DNA of 64,000 bases from the human T2T-CHM13v2.0 reference genome, Homo sapiens, in NCBI RefSeq assembly GCF_009914755.1, contig NC_060935.1; one strand, 5' to 3'. A model generated the notes under the pieces. That model had not been told where the DNA came from. It saw nothing but the letters and a program-made list of their open reading frames with translations, and ran no database searches. Made by a program: the position numbers and the translations under genes. Shown here piece by piece: positions 27,213 through 45,424 of this stretch (the stretch's first letter is position 1; each line of letters begins with the position of its first letter).

Positions 27213-27575
27213 AACGCGTTGTACCCCATCCGCCACATGAACCTGTGGAATTCCTCACTACTGTGTGCTGTGGAGGAGGAGATTGTGTTGGAGATATTTG
27301 AAGTAGAAATAAGTTTAGAACCTACACATTGAAGAAACTGCTATTTTTCCCAACATTCCCTTCTCCAGATTCTCACCTGTGATTCTCTTCTACATTTTTG
27401 GATGCTAAGAAAAAGTATGACTGCTTTACAGTGTCTAACCTGCCCTTGCAGATAAATATTATTGCTAATCCATTCTAGCACAGTCCATCCCTTATGTTTG
27501 TACATGTTGGGAGCACACTACAGCGTGTGATTTTAGGAGTCTCTAACTCAAACAAAAGGGTAAAAATGTTATTAA

Positions 27576-28061
<486 letters not shown>

Positions 28062-28730
28062 TAGTCCTCCCACCTTAGCCTCCCGAATAGCTGGGATCAC
28101 AAACACACACCACTACACCTGGCTAAGTTTTTCATATTTTTTGTAGAGACAGGGTTTCACCATATTACCCAGGCTGGTCTCAAACTTCTGGACTCAGGTG
28201 ATTCACCTGCCTCAGCCTCCCAAAGTGCTGGGATTACAGGTGTAAGCCACCGCGCCCAGTCAGGTCCTTGTTTTTTAAAATGTGCAGAGTTACTTAGAAT
28301 AGTCTGGACACCCCAGAGTTTAGAGTCAATATGGGACTGATCCTCAGAAATAATCGCAAATGACATTGACAAGAAACAACTATATTATGTCCAAACCATT
28401 AATATAATTACACTTTTAAAAAATATTATGTGGAAATTATGTTTCTTTATCCTTAAAAACCATGGTTATCAGAGGATGGAGTTAGTGATGGATAAAGATC
28501 TGATATAATGCAATTATTAGTAGAACACCATAGAGCACTAATCAATATCACTTTATATTTCCTTTTCCTTTTTTCTTAAGAGATATAGGACAGATGATAA
28601 CTGTACTTTCTTGCTAGGCCTATAAAAAATTAGACAAATTATTTTAGAGATATTTTAAAGTAATACTAATGTAGGATCAGAGGCAACAGAATAATATGAT
28701 TTCTTTCTATTAGAAACTAACGTCTAATAA

Positions 28731-29108
<378 letters not shown>

Positions 29109-30505
29109 TAAGTGATTGTTCTGATGTCAAATACTAAATTTTCCTCTAAACTGATTTGATGAACACTTTTACAAAGTTTTTTCTTTCCTCAGATTTTTAA
29201 ACGGAAATAATTTATGTATAGTAAAATGAATAAATCATAAATATACATACAATTTGGTGAATCTTTATGTATGTTTATACCATATAACCACCCACAGATC
29301 AATACTTAGAATTAGATATAACCATAGATATGTTATTTATATTGACCTAGGTGATTATATAGGTGTATGCAAAGTATTTTATATATAGTGGTTATAGTCA
29401 TCCCTTGGGTAAGCACAAAATCTTAAAAGTAGTATTCAACTTTTAAGCAGTATGTTAAGCAATAGAGAAATCAAAAGAAAATGAACTTGACCTATGTCAT
29501 AGAAATATTTGGAAATCAATTTAATCCTGGGTTTAAGTCTAAATGAAATATCTAGTAGAGATGAAAACCACCTAAGATTGTTGAACCCTGAAATGGCTAT
29601 GGCTGGTCATCCCCAAAAGGTACACAAGCTCAACCATACATACACACACACCGCTCAAACTGAGTCTTCCTTTTTCCTCCTCCTCTTCTTTCTTCTCTCC
29701 CTCTTCCAATTACTTTTACATATGTAGTAGATGGAGAAGCAATACTTACACCTAAAAAAGTAGAGAAGAGGGTATCTTTCTTTAAATTTTACCTATACAT
29801 GTCACACATTAATAATACCTTTGATACCTATGTATTAAATATTTATAGAGTGTATAGGTCTGGGATGAGCAGCTGAGGTGTAACAGAAAGATGACTGGAC
29901 TCTGAGTCACCTGTATTCTATTCCCAGAAATACCACTTTTATTTAGCTTATCTTAATTATAGCATTTAGCTTCTTTAGTTATATTGTCCATAAAATTGAC
30001 AAAATAATGCCTACCTCAATGAGTTGTGTGATCTTTAAATGAGGTCATGTATATAAGGGTATTTTGGAGGCAGGGTGCAGTGGCCATCACCTGTAATCCC
30101 AGGACTTTGGGAGGCCAAAGCAGAAGGATCTCTTGAGGCCAGGGTTTCAAGACCAGCTTGGGCAATATAGCAAGACTTTGTCTCTACAAAAATAAAAAAT
30201 AATAAAAAGTTAAAAATTGTGTAAAAAATGTTTTACAAACTGTAAGGCATTATAAATATAAAGTGTGTGTATATTTATTTATATATATGTAACAAATTAT
30301 AAATATATGTCTGTAGCTTATTTTCTCAATCCTTAGTTTGCTTTCTCACTACATATTGCCATAGGAAATCTTCTGTGGGGAGAGTAACTGAAAGAAAACT
30401 ACTGAAAAAAATTATTTTTAATATGATATAACTTAGCAATATATAATTTAACAAATAGTTGTTTGGGGTTTTTTGGGATTTGTTTGTTTGTTTGTTTGTT
30501 TTTGA

Positions 30506-30718
<213 letters not shown>

Positions 30719-31194
30719 TAGGCCTCCCAAAGTGCTGAGATTACAGCCATGAGCCACCGCGACCGGCCCACAAATAGTTTTTATATACATTATCTCATTT
30801 GATTTTCATATACTAAAAGGAACATATTATTCCCAATTTACATATGAGAAAATTGAGTCTCAGAAAGGTTAATCCTACTCAAAGTGAAAGAACTAGCATT
30901 TGTATTTACATTGTTTAAGTCTTCAGTCTATCATGCTTTTATCTACCCCGTATGGCTGTTTACACTTCAGTCTGATTTTTACAAATCCCTATTCATCCAA
31001 TAATTGTCTCTGTAGCCTGGGAAGGTAATTTCATCATCTGAGTCTCAGACTGACCTTAAACCTTCTAACTGTAAGATTCAATTTTCTGCTATTTCAATTC
31101 AGTTGACCTTGCCCATTCTTGAATGAAGCCTCAGATGCCATTTTTTCAAACCACTTAGTTGGATAGTATGTATTTCCATGTTCTATATGAATAA

Positions 31195-31398
<204 letters not shown>

Positions 31399-32849
31399 TA
31401 ATAGAGTTGTTACAACTGGAGTTAACAATCAGGACAATGTTATGCCTAGGAGAAAAGACAATGTTATTTAGAGTTTTGTTAAAATTAAAAGTTGATAGAG
31501 TATGCTTTTGTTTGGAGAACAATTTGAACTTTTTTCCCTGGCTTCCTTTCTGTCATCTGTATCTAATAACATTGCCTACTTATTTTAGAGCTAAATCTGT
31601 GACTCAGATAGAGTAGAACACAGTTCTCTTAGTCTGTCAAACCATCATTTATAGGGCAGATAAATAAGAATGCCACAAATGTCGCCGGGCCCGGTGGCTC
31701 ACGCCTGTAATCCCATTTTGGGGGGCCGAGGCAGGCAGATCACGAGCTCAGGAGATCGAGACCATCCTGGCTAACACTGTGAAACCCCGTCTCTACTAAA
31801 AATACAAAAAATTAGCCGGGCATGGTGGCACGCGCCTGTAGTCCCAGCTTTGGGGAGGCTGAGGCAGGAGAATTGCTTGAACCTGGGAGGCGGAGGTTGC
31901 AGTGAGCCGAGATCATGCCACTGCACTCCAGACTGGGCGACAGAGCGAGACTCCATCTAAAAAAAAAAAAAAAAAAAGAATGCCATAAATGTGTCTTTAT
32001 ACATAGAATCTGGTACTTGAATTTCAGTATTATACAAAAGATATTATTACATTCGAAGCAGTTTCTAAGTATCTTCATTCAATCACTTAACAAGTATTTA
32101 TTAAATATATACTGTGTATCAGCTATTGTACTGGGCTAAGTCACAGTGATAAACAAAAGAAACATAGTCCCCACCCCGTGCAGTGGCTCATGCCTGTAAT
32201 CCCAGCACTTTGAGAGGGCGGATCACTTGAGGTCGGGAGTTCAAAACCAGCCTGGCCAACATGGTAAAACCCCATCTCTACAAAAAATACAAAAAATTAG
32301 CCGGGTGTGGTGGGAGACGCCTGTAATCCCAGCTACTTGGGAGCCTGAGGTATGAGAATTGCTTGAACCCAGGAAGCAAAAGTTGCAGTGAGCCGTGGTG
32401 GTACCAATACTGTACTCCAGACTGGGCAAAAGAGTAAGACTCCAACTCCAAAAAAAATTTAAAAAAAAAAAGAGAAAACAAAGATAGAAAATTGCTAAAT
32501 ATAAAATTGTTGCAATATTAGCACTTTAAAAGCACTTTTTTTAAAATGATGGGATTTGTCTTTGGACTATAAATTCCTTAAAGACAAAAATTATGCATGT
32601 AAGTATAGTACATATGTATTCCTATCATAGTAGACTGTGCTGTCCATAAATATTTTAAATCATTAATTAACTGCCAATTTATTGTCAAAGATTTTATCCA
32701 TGTTTCCTGTTTTGACAGAAAATACATAATAGGCAAATATATTGATTATCACTTAAATGTAGTTGTATACTAACTAATTTAGGATTGGCCGGGTGCTGTG
32801 TCTCAAGCCTGTAATCCCAGCCTTTTGGGAGGCCGAGACAGGTGGATCA

Positions 32850-33269
<420 letters not shown>

Positions 33270-33468
33270 TGTTCTTTCAGATTATGTACCTCTACTATTT
33301 TGTATTTATCATTTTTCTATCTTAATACTAACTTATAGATAAACATATACTTTGCAAATTAATTCAAGAAAAATGTAAGGAGCCTACTTAGAGCAGAAGA
33401 AAGCAAACACCAAGATGCCTTTTTAAAAATTTGTGTGGAATACTAACCGGGGATCAAATTTCATCCAT

Positions 33469-33474
33469 AATAAA
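33469..33474 (+). terminator. CFAP300: Candidate proximal polyadenylation signal of CFAP300
   Basis: AATAAA 200 nt after the stop, followed by GT-rich gttgtgg at about 33490; a further AATAAA/ATTAAA sits at 34132-34142. Confidence 0.55.
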
Positions 33475-35381
33475 ATCTATACCAAAAAAGTTGTGGAATT
33501 TTTACAGAAAGTTACAAGGAATTAGAAATCTAGTTCATATTTGTTGCATTGTGATTCAAGTGAATCCTCAATTTTCCATGTATTTTAATTTATAAGCTAA
33601 TTAATTATGGATTGAAAATGTAGCAGAAAACTAAACATTTCTACCACTGATCATTAATATGAATTGTTAGTTTATTTAACTTGTTTCATTTAATTACATT
33701 TCTTCATTGCACAAGCGTTTACATCTGTAAAGCTAGGCAAAGCATAACAATTCTTTTGCTTCATTTGTTCCACTTATAAGCCTCAGTAAAGAAGTAATGT
33801 TCTGGGGCCTGGCACGGTGGCTCACGCCTGTAATCTCAGCACTTTGGGAGGCCAAGGCGGGCGGATCACGAGGTCAAGAGATCGAGACCATCCTGGCCAA
33901 CATGGTGAAACCCCGTCTCTACCAAAAGTACAAAAATTAGCTGGCTGTGGTGGTGTGTGCCTGTAGTCCCAGCTACTCAGGAGGCTGAGGCAAGAGAATC
34001 ACTTGAACCCGGGAAGTGAGGTTGCAGTGAGCCGAGGCTGTGCCACTGTACTCTAGCTCTGGCAACAGAGCAAGACTCCGTCTCAGAAAAAAAAAAGGTT
34101 CTGAAAGTGGTCATAAACTCTTGTATCACATAATAAATTAAAACTGCAGCTGTCCCACGGCTAATACAAGAGCTACATGTAAACAGAGAAAGTTGCCTGA
34201 TGGCATTAGTAAGTCGTTCAAAGAGTGAGAAGCAGGTTATCTTAGTACTGTTCCTTATTTCATTCATAGAATGAATGTATAACCTAGATTGTTTTTGGTT
34301 TATTTTGATGGCAAAAATCATTGACATATATCCCATGGGTCATGGGAAGCCTGTAAGAAATGTTGAGGTTTGAGGAGGAGCAAGTTTGAAAGATGTGTTT
34401 CTGTGTTGTGGGATAAAGACGATAATCTTGGACTTGAACCTGGATTTGAATCTGGAATGCAGCTGGCAATTTGGGTATAGAGCTCAGGAGAAAGAGTATG
34501 TTTTACTTCTAATACCTAACACAATGACTTGGCATATTAAATGTTTATTGAATGAATAACTACTTTCTAGATATCCTCATAATACCCATAGATTTTTTTA
34601 AATTACATAAAAACATAAAATCAAGAACTGAAATGTCTGTTTGCTACCAGCTTTGCTGCTTACCTCACAGTTCCCTATGACCTGGAGACCCTTTCGATCA
34701 ATCAAGTGGCCAATCAGTAATTCTTTTTGAATACCAATTCTGTGCAAGGCACTGGGCAGTTTACTTTGGGGAAACATACACTCCCTATAAACCTATTTAG
34801 GAAGGTAATCTTTAAGAGTGTGACTACCAATAGTGATTGTTGCATGAATTCAGAGATAGAAGAGATCACTCTGAACTAAGATAGGCTTAGTCTGGCTTCT
34901 ATGGAAAGACTGGTGGGATATCAGTAATGGAAGAGAACAGCAGTTGAAGGGAGCACATGATGTGGCGAGGTACTCTGGGCTTGGCCCTTGGATGAAAGTC
35001 CAGAGGCGAAAGATGGGAAAGTGATACTGAGGAATTGCCACTATTTTTTCTCCGCTCTAAAGGTGGAGGTAGATAGGACCTTTGAGGAAAGATTGCTCCA
35101 TTGTTTTGGAAAAATCATTTGATGACTCATTTGTGATTATGCAAATTATCTGTATTATAAGGCATAATAGAGTAGTGATAAAGAGTTTGGGCTGGGCTGT
35201 CAGGTTGCCTGGATTTTTTAATTTGCCATTACTTGCTGTGTGACCTTGAGCTGGTTACTTAACTCTCTGCACCTTAATTGTCTTTTCTATAAAATGGAAA
35301 AAAATAATAGGACTACCTCGCAGGGCACGGTGGCTAACGCCTGTAATCCCAGCACTTTGGGAGGCCAAGGCAGGCGGATCA

Positions 35382-35597
<216 letters not shown>

Positions 35598-36620
35598 CTA
35601 GGCGAGAGAGCGAGACTCTATCTCAAAAAATAAAATAAAAATAAATAATAATAATAATAATAGGACTACCTCATAAGTTACCTTTTTTGGAAAATTATAT
35701 TAATTAATACATATGTTGGTCTTTGAATGATGCCAGGCACATAGTTTAAGTGCTCATGAATTTTGGCTGCATTCTCTACTGAGGAAATATGAAGAAAAAA
35801 AAAGAGAAACAGTTAACTGTCTGCATAATAATGTAAAAAGCTGTCTTCTTGGGGCCAGAATTGCTTTTGTATAGATTATTATTAATTGACTGAAGAGATG
35901 GGAAAATTGGTTTTTCCTCTTTGGAGGCCCCAGAGAACGTAGAGGTCCTGAGCACGGACTCCAGGGATTTCTTTGGCAGCATTTGTACACTTGGAACTAT
36001 TTGCGCAGCTATTTGTTATAATTTGTTTAATATCTTTCATGAAAACAAGTACTGTGTCCATTTTGTTTACCTTTGTGTCCACAATGCCTAGAACTTGAAA
36101 GACAATACATGCCTATTCTCTGACTAAGTACTGTTGGTAGAGAGAAACTGGCCTTTGAAGTGCAACTGTGGAGACTGTGGAAAGCGAGGGAGGAGGAAAG
36201 GTTGGTGCTGAGAGTTATAGATCATCAGCATGGAAGCCTCCTCTGCAGGGGCTGAGCTGGTGGACTCTAGCAGCCTTCATACCTACGTGCCCACCTTAAA
36301 TTTACTGTACAGTCATCCCTCTAGTTATACTTCAACCTTTTGTTAAATTTTGCAAACTATTATAGTCTGGATTCATACTGTAGTCTGGATTTAGCTGCCC
36401 AGCATGGGATTAGATATGCAGCCCAGGAACATGCCTGTGGCAAAAATTGTCCCTAGAGAGCAGCAGCCGCAGCCTGTAGAAGCCGGCTTTGTAAAAGCAA
36501 ACTGTGATCAAGTGAGAGAAGAGGGGTTGTCTGGAGTGAGACAACTGGCCATGGTGACAAGTGACCACAGAATGGCTTTCTGAGACTTTCTGAGAGCATT
36601 CTTCAAAAATTCCAAAAGTA

Positions 36621-37187
36621 TCTAGAACTAGAAATACCATTTGACCCAGCCATCCCATTACTGGGTATATACCCAAAGGACTATAAATCATGCTGCTATA
36701 AAGACACATGCACACGTATGTTTATTGCGGCATTATTCACAATAGCAAAGACTTGGAACCAACCCAAATGTCCAACAATGATAGACTGGATTAAGAAAAT
36801 GTGGCACATATACACCATGGAATACTATGCAGCCATAAAAAATGATGAGTTCACATCCTTTGTAGGGACATGGATGAAATTGGAAATCATCATTCTCAGT
36901 AAACTATCGCAAGAACAAAAAACCAAACAACACATATTCTCACTCATAGGTGGGAATTGAACAATGAGAACACATGGACACAGGAAGGGGAACGTCACAC
37001 TCTGGGGACTGTTGTGGGGTCGGGGGAGGGAGGAGGGATAGCATTGGGAGATATACCTAATGCTAGATGACGAGTTAGTGGGTGCAGCGCACCAGCATGG
37101 CACATGTATACATATGTAACTAACCTGCACATTGTGCACATGTACCCTAAAACTTAAAGTGTAATAATAATAAATTTAAAAAAAAAA
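36621..37187 (+). mobile_element. 5'-truncated young L1 (L1PA2/L1PA3-like), ORF2 C-terminus plus 3'UTR
   Basis: ORF 36718..36960 MFIAALFTIAKTWNQPKCP...IFSLIGGN; G-rich 3'UTR; perfect 16-bp TSD aaaaattccaaaagta (36605-36620 and 37183-37198); GAG rather than ACA/ACG at the L1HS diagnostic site. Confidence 0.93.
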
Positions 37188-38097
37188 TTCCAAAAGTAAC
37201 TTAAAGAAGAGGGGTCTTGCAGAATTGTAATTTGGACGTTAAAAAGAGGGACTTAGAGAAGTTGGGATATTTAGATCACATGAGCAAAAATAAATTCAAA
37301 GATACAAAAACATAAGGTGATTTCGGGGGACATGAGTACATTTGAGTAGTTAAAACTAATAAGTTCTGTTCTGGAGTTCTGGATAATAACAGGGAAGATA
37401 GATTACTGGGGACTTGGTCACAGAGCTGTGGGCACAAAGCTAAGAAATTTAAATCTTTTAAGTAGGTGATGTATAGCAATCATTAAGGACTTTTGAATAG
37501 GGGTAGTAGCATCATGAAAGTGATATTCTAGAAAGATTAGTCCAGCAGTGATAAATTGGGGTGAAAAAGTCCAAAGTCCAAAGATCAAATAGAGGTACAT
37601 AGTAGTTGTCAAAGCACAGAATTAACTGAACTTAGCTCATAGCAATGATAACTTCTCAAGGCATCATGAAGTATGGGACAACAGAATGCTCGATAGAAAA
37701 AAAAAATCAAATATGGCCCAAAAAAGGGTAGCCGACTGTGTGAATTATTAAATTTTGGTGTTTGAGGTACTAAGAACTGGGAAGTGGGAACTGTGGTAGG
37801 AAGCTGTGGTCAGAGAAGGAAGCTCCCTTGTCCTGAGTTCTCCTTGTATTCAGATTCACAGGTCTGTCACCCTTGTTCCAACTCATCTGCAACCAGCATT
37901 CGTCCTTAAAACTTTGAAAACTGGTCTGAAGCTTCTAGAAACTCACTGGAGGCTTCTTAAGGAAAACTATCTACCCTGAAGGCTTCTCAGTCATCCAGTT
38001 AATCAACAAGAATTTGTAAAGAACTAACATTCATTCTCATGCATCCCACAGGTGCTTTTTTTTTAAGTCGGAATCTCGCTCCATCACCCAAGCCTGA

Positions 38098-38409
<312 letters not shown>

Positions 38410-38924
38410 TGAACAAAAATTTCTAAATTAGGGAGCTTACATTCTAGTGCCCATAACTGTGTTAGGTGCAGTGAGAAAGAGAAAGACTCAATTACTCAAG
38501 AAAGTTGGTGTTGCTGGAGACATAAGGCATTCATACATGTTAGTATTACTAATAGTACAAGACAGCATGTGAGTATCGGATGCCTAGCAGAGACCGTAAT
38601 GGCAAAAAAACTTCAGGAGAAGAAATCATGCCTGCGCGAAGTAGTCAGGAAATTATTCAAAATAGATCTGGGAGTCCTATTAGATAATGTTTGTGAAGAA
38701 ACAAAGAATGGGGAAAGGTACCTTGAAGAAAGGCGAAAGTTAAGAAAGATTAAACTGTTCCACAGGCAGAAGTATATTTCCAAAGAAACCTAAAATAAAG
38801 TTTTGTAGGGATTTCCTTGTCTTTCTCCCTTGTATTAACCAAATGGTTAAAATACTATTTGGCAACAAATCAGATTACCTATTTATTTCTATTTTATACT
38901 AGCAGCGTTGTCTGACATTAATGA

Positions 38925-39280
<356 letters not shown>

Positions 39281-39706
39281 TGAGCCACCACACCCAGCCT
39301 GTTGTTATGTTTGTTTCTAGTCAAAGTTAGTGCTTGACATGTCTTACTTTATTTAATCTTCTCAACTACCCTTTCAAAGTAGGTTAAAAGTCAGTAGAAT
39401 CTTTGGGGTTATAAGTGAAAGAAAATTTCATCCAAATTGTCTTAAGCAAAAAGTGAATGTATTAGCCCACATAACTGAAAAGTCCCATAGTAGTTTGGGT
39501 TGCTTTTTGGCCTGATTTAATGCAAGACCCGTTTTCTCTCTCAGTTCATATTCTCTCTGTTGACTCCATTCTTAGTTTGTGTCTTTCCACGTACAAAAAT
39601 GTTAGTATACTTGGCCGGGCACAGTGGCTCACGCCTGTAATCCCAGCACTTTGGGAGGCCGAGGCGGGCGGATCACAAGGTCAGGAGATCGAGACCATTC
39701 TGTCTA

Positions 39707-39979
<273 letters not shown>

Positions 39980-40529
39980 CTATCTCAAGATTCCCAAGAA
40001 TCTCAACAGAAATCCCATCTTGTGACACTGGCTTAAGTGGGGTACTTTGACCATCTGTTAACTAATCCCTGTAGCCTTAGAAATGCTATTGGCCAGATCT
40101 GAGATACATACTACTCAGCCAGAGGTGGAATCAACAACATGACAACCAGATGGAAGGAGTAGTGAAAATCCTAAACTCAAAATGAGGAACAGTTACTAGA
40201 ATTAGAGGAGCAGCACTGTATATGAGCAGCATTGCCTGACATTAGGAAAAGGAGTAAGCTAGATTCCTGCATCAGTCAAGGATGTGCTTATAGTTATGGA
40301 AGCAGAAAATATGCTATACATCCAAAAAAGTGGATTACCACGGTTCTATTACATTTCCACTTTATATGAGGAGGCTAAAACTTAAAGAGGTTAAGTAATT
40401 TGCCGTAAGTCACAGGACAAGTGATTGCTGGGTCCGGGATTTGAACCCAATTTGGTCTCACTCCAAAGTAACAAATGGTTTACAATCCTGGCTTTGCTTG
40501 AGAATAATGATTGAAGCTTTTTACAAATT

Positions 40530-40891
40530 GAGATGCTCCTCAACTTATGAGGGGGTTATGTCCCAATAAACACATTGTAAGCTGAAAATATCAGAAGTCA
40601 AAAATGCATTTAAGACACCTAACACACCAAACATCATAGTTTAACCAAGCCTGCCTTAAATGTGCTTAGAACACATATATTAGCCTACAGTTGGGCAAAA
40701 TCATCTAACAGAAAGCCTATTTTACAATAAAGTGTTGAATGCCTCATGTAATTTATTGAAAGCTGTACTAAAAGTGAAAAATGATGGTTGCATGGGTGCT
40801 TGAAGTACAGTCCCTATGGAATGTGTATCACTTTTGCACCATTGTAGTCGAAAGATCTCAAGTTGAACCATCGTAAGTTGGGGACTGTCTG
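40530..40891. mobile_element. TcMar-Tigger family MITE (MER47A-like)
   Basis: terminal inverted repeats agatgctcctcaacttatga...tcgtaagttggggactgtct followed by TA; about 360 bp. Confidence 0.65.
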
Positions 40892-41292
40892 TATAGGTGA
40901 CCGATCTCTACTTCTACCTCTGGTGATTGAATCAGTTCTGTAGTGGGTTCCAGATATTGCTTTTTTCTTTTAAATATGAAAAAAGTGCAGGGAATACATA
41001 ACATACCCTCCACCCAGTTTTGACAATTAAAATTTTACGATATTTAACATTTTTAAATTAAAATTCTTGAGATAAATGTAGATTCACATGCAATTGTATG
41101 AAGTAATACAGAGAGATCCTTTGTACACTTTGCCCAGTTTCCCCTCCTTAATGGTGACATTGTACAAAACTGTAGTGTAATATCATAACTAGAATACTTA
41201 CATTGATACTGACTGATCTTATTCAGATTTCTCCAGTTTTACTTATACTCATTTGTGCATGTGTGTGTGTGTGGTATGTATATTACGTTCTA

Positions 41293-41484
<192 letters not shown>

Positions 41485-42175
41485 TTAGCCAGGCATGGTG
41501 GTGTGTGCCTCTAGTCCCAACTCCTCGGGAGGCTGAGTGAGGTAGGAGTATCACTTGAGCCCAGGAGGTTGAGGCTGCAGTTAGCCTTCTTCACATCACT
41601 GCATTCAGCCTGGGCAATAGAATGAGACCCTGTCTCCAAAACAAATAAAAAAAAATTTTTAAAAAGGCCGGGTGCAGTGGCTCATGCCTGTAATCCCAGC
41701 ACCTCGGGAGGCACAGGCAGTGGATCACTTAAGGCCAGGAGTTTGAGATCAGCCTGGCCAACATGGTGAAACCCTGTTTCTACTAAAAATACAAAAATTA
41801 GCCAGGCATGGTGGTGGGTGTCTGTAATCCCAGCTACTAGGGAGGCTGACAAAGGAGAATCGCTTGAACCCAGAGGTGGAGATTTCAGTGAGCCGAGATA
41901 GCACCACTGCACTCCAGCCTGGGCAATGGAATGAGACTCCGTCTCAAAAAAATAAATAAATAAAATATAAATAAATAAACAAATAAATGAAAATAAAAAG
42001 ATAATGAACAATTCTAACACCACAGTGATATCTCAGATTACCTTATTATAACCACAGTGACCTTGCTCCTGGCCTTACTTCAGATTTTCTTGAAGTTTTT
42101 ACTCCCAAACCACTTTCCTCCTTCCCTTTCTGGAAATAACCGATATCCTGAAGCCAGTGGGCATCCTTCTCCTGC

Positions 42176-42280
42176 ATATATATATATATACACACATACA
42201 TATATATATGTATGTGTGTATATATATATGTATGTATATATATATATCTGATATTTGTTATATTTATATATATATATTTA
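42176..42280. repeat. (TA)n/(TATG)n compound microsatellite
   Basis: direct inspection. Confidence 0.85.
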
Positions 42281-42417
42281 TTTATTTGAGACAGAGTCTC
42301 ACTCTGTCACCCAGGCTGGAGTGCAGTGGTGTGAACACTGCTCACTGCAGTCTCAAACTCCCAGTCTCAAATAATCCTCCTACTTCAACTTCCCGAGTAG
42401 CTGGGACTACCTGGCTC

Positions 42418-42448
<31 letters not shown>

Positions 42449-42647
42449 AGACAGAGTCTCACTCTGTCGCGGGATCTTGGCTCACTGCAACCTCCGCCCC
42501 CTGGGTTCAAGTGATTCTCCTGCCTCAGCCTCCCGAGTAGCTGGGATTACAGGCGCTTGCCACTGCGCCCAGCTAATTTTTGTATTTTTAGTAGAGACGA
42601 GGTTTCACCATCTTGGCCAGGCTGGTCTTGAACTCCCGACCTCATGA

Positions 42648-43030
<383 letters not shown>

Positions 43031-43033
43031 TGA

Positions 43034-43141
<108 letters not shown>

Positions 43142-43651
43142 TAGCTGGGATTACAGGCACCTGCCACCACACCCGGCTAATTTTGTGTTTTTAGCAGAGA
43201 TGGGGTTTCTCCATGTTGGTCAGGCTGGTCTCAAACTCCAGACCTCAGGTGATCCGCCCGCCTCAGCCTCCCAAATTGCTGGGATTACAGGCGTGAGCCA
43301 CAGCTCCCAGCCTGTTTATCCGTTTTAACTGGATGGCCTTACCATATCTATCCATCTCACTGTTGTTAGACATGTTGGTTGTATGAATAATGCTGGAATA
43401 AATATCCTTGGGCATATCTTCCTCTGAAGTGTTCTCTAAGTCTTTTTTCTTTTTTTGCAGATGAGGTCTTTCTGTGTTGCTCAGGCTGGGCTTGAGCTCC
43501 TGGATCTCTAGGCTTCTATCTCATAGAACTGTTGATTAGTAGGATATATTCAGCCTTATTAGATATTGACAACTTCCTCTTCAAAATGATTGCACAAATT
43601 TATGCTCCCACTACTGATGTAAGAACTCCCATTTTACAACTTTCTAGATAA

Positions 43652-43873
<222 letters not shown>

Positions 43874-44000
43874 TAATTTTTTGTATTTTTGGTAGAGACG
43901 GGGTTTTACCATGTTGCCCAGGCTGATATCAAACTCCTGAGCTCAAGCAATCTGCCTGCCTCAGCCTCCCAAAGTGCTGGGCATGAGCCACCATGCCTAG

Positions 44001-44350
<350 letters not shown>

Positions 44351-44740
44351 TAGAGCATTATTTTGTATATTGCCCTTTAAAATGTGTATTCATTCTGGTT
44401 GGCAACTGCAGGGTTGGGAATGACTACTCTACTCTCTACTCCTTCTCTGGTTTAAAAAACCAGAGAGAAAAAGAAAGAAAAGAATAGATGAAAACAAAAG
44501 AACAAAGGAAAGAATAAGAGACAGGGAAGTATTCTTTTACAGTGAAAGCTGCATTAATTAACACTAAAAGCTACATTTAGTGCCATATTTAGCAGTGTCC
44601 CAATTGGTAAATTCTAGTAGCTGGTAAACCTGATATCCTCTAATGTAAGTCTTCAATCTCCTGACTTGGTACACATGCCAAGTTCATTGGAATAAGCAGG
44701 CTGAACTTGGTTTAAGTAAGGTTGAAACTTAACATTCCTG

Positions 44741-44776
44741 CTACACTTGATCTTAGCCAAAAGGCTGAGAAGTGAT
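44741..44776 (-). pseudogene. Second tailless U2 snRNA 5' fragment
   Basis: reverse complement atcacttctcagccttttggctaagatcaagtgtag; flanking repeats aacattcctgct and accatgcctgct. Confidence 0.85.
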
Positions 44777-45049
44777 ACCATGCCTGCTTATGTTTCTTTT
44801 CTCATGCTTTCTCTTTCTCTCTTTCTCTTTTTTTTTTTTTTTTTTGGTTTTTTTTTTTTTTTTTTTTTTGGCAAAGAGAAAAAAGTAAACTCATGGGACT
44901 TTAACAAACACTATGGATCTATAAATTATATTCTTTATCACTTTTGCTATTAGAAAGGTATGAGAGGGAGATAGTAATGTAGAAACCATGTATGATAATA
45001 TAAGTTAACTTTTAAATTAACTTTTATTCAGCCAATTTTTTTTTAATCA

Positions 45050-45424
<375 letters not shown>

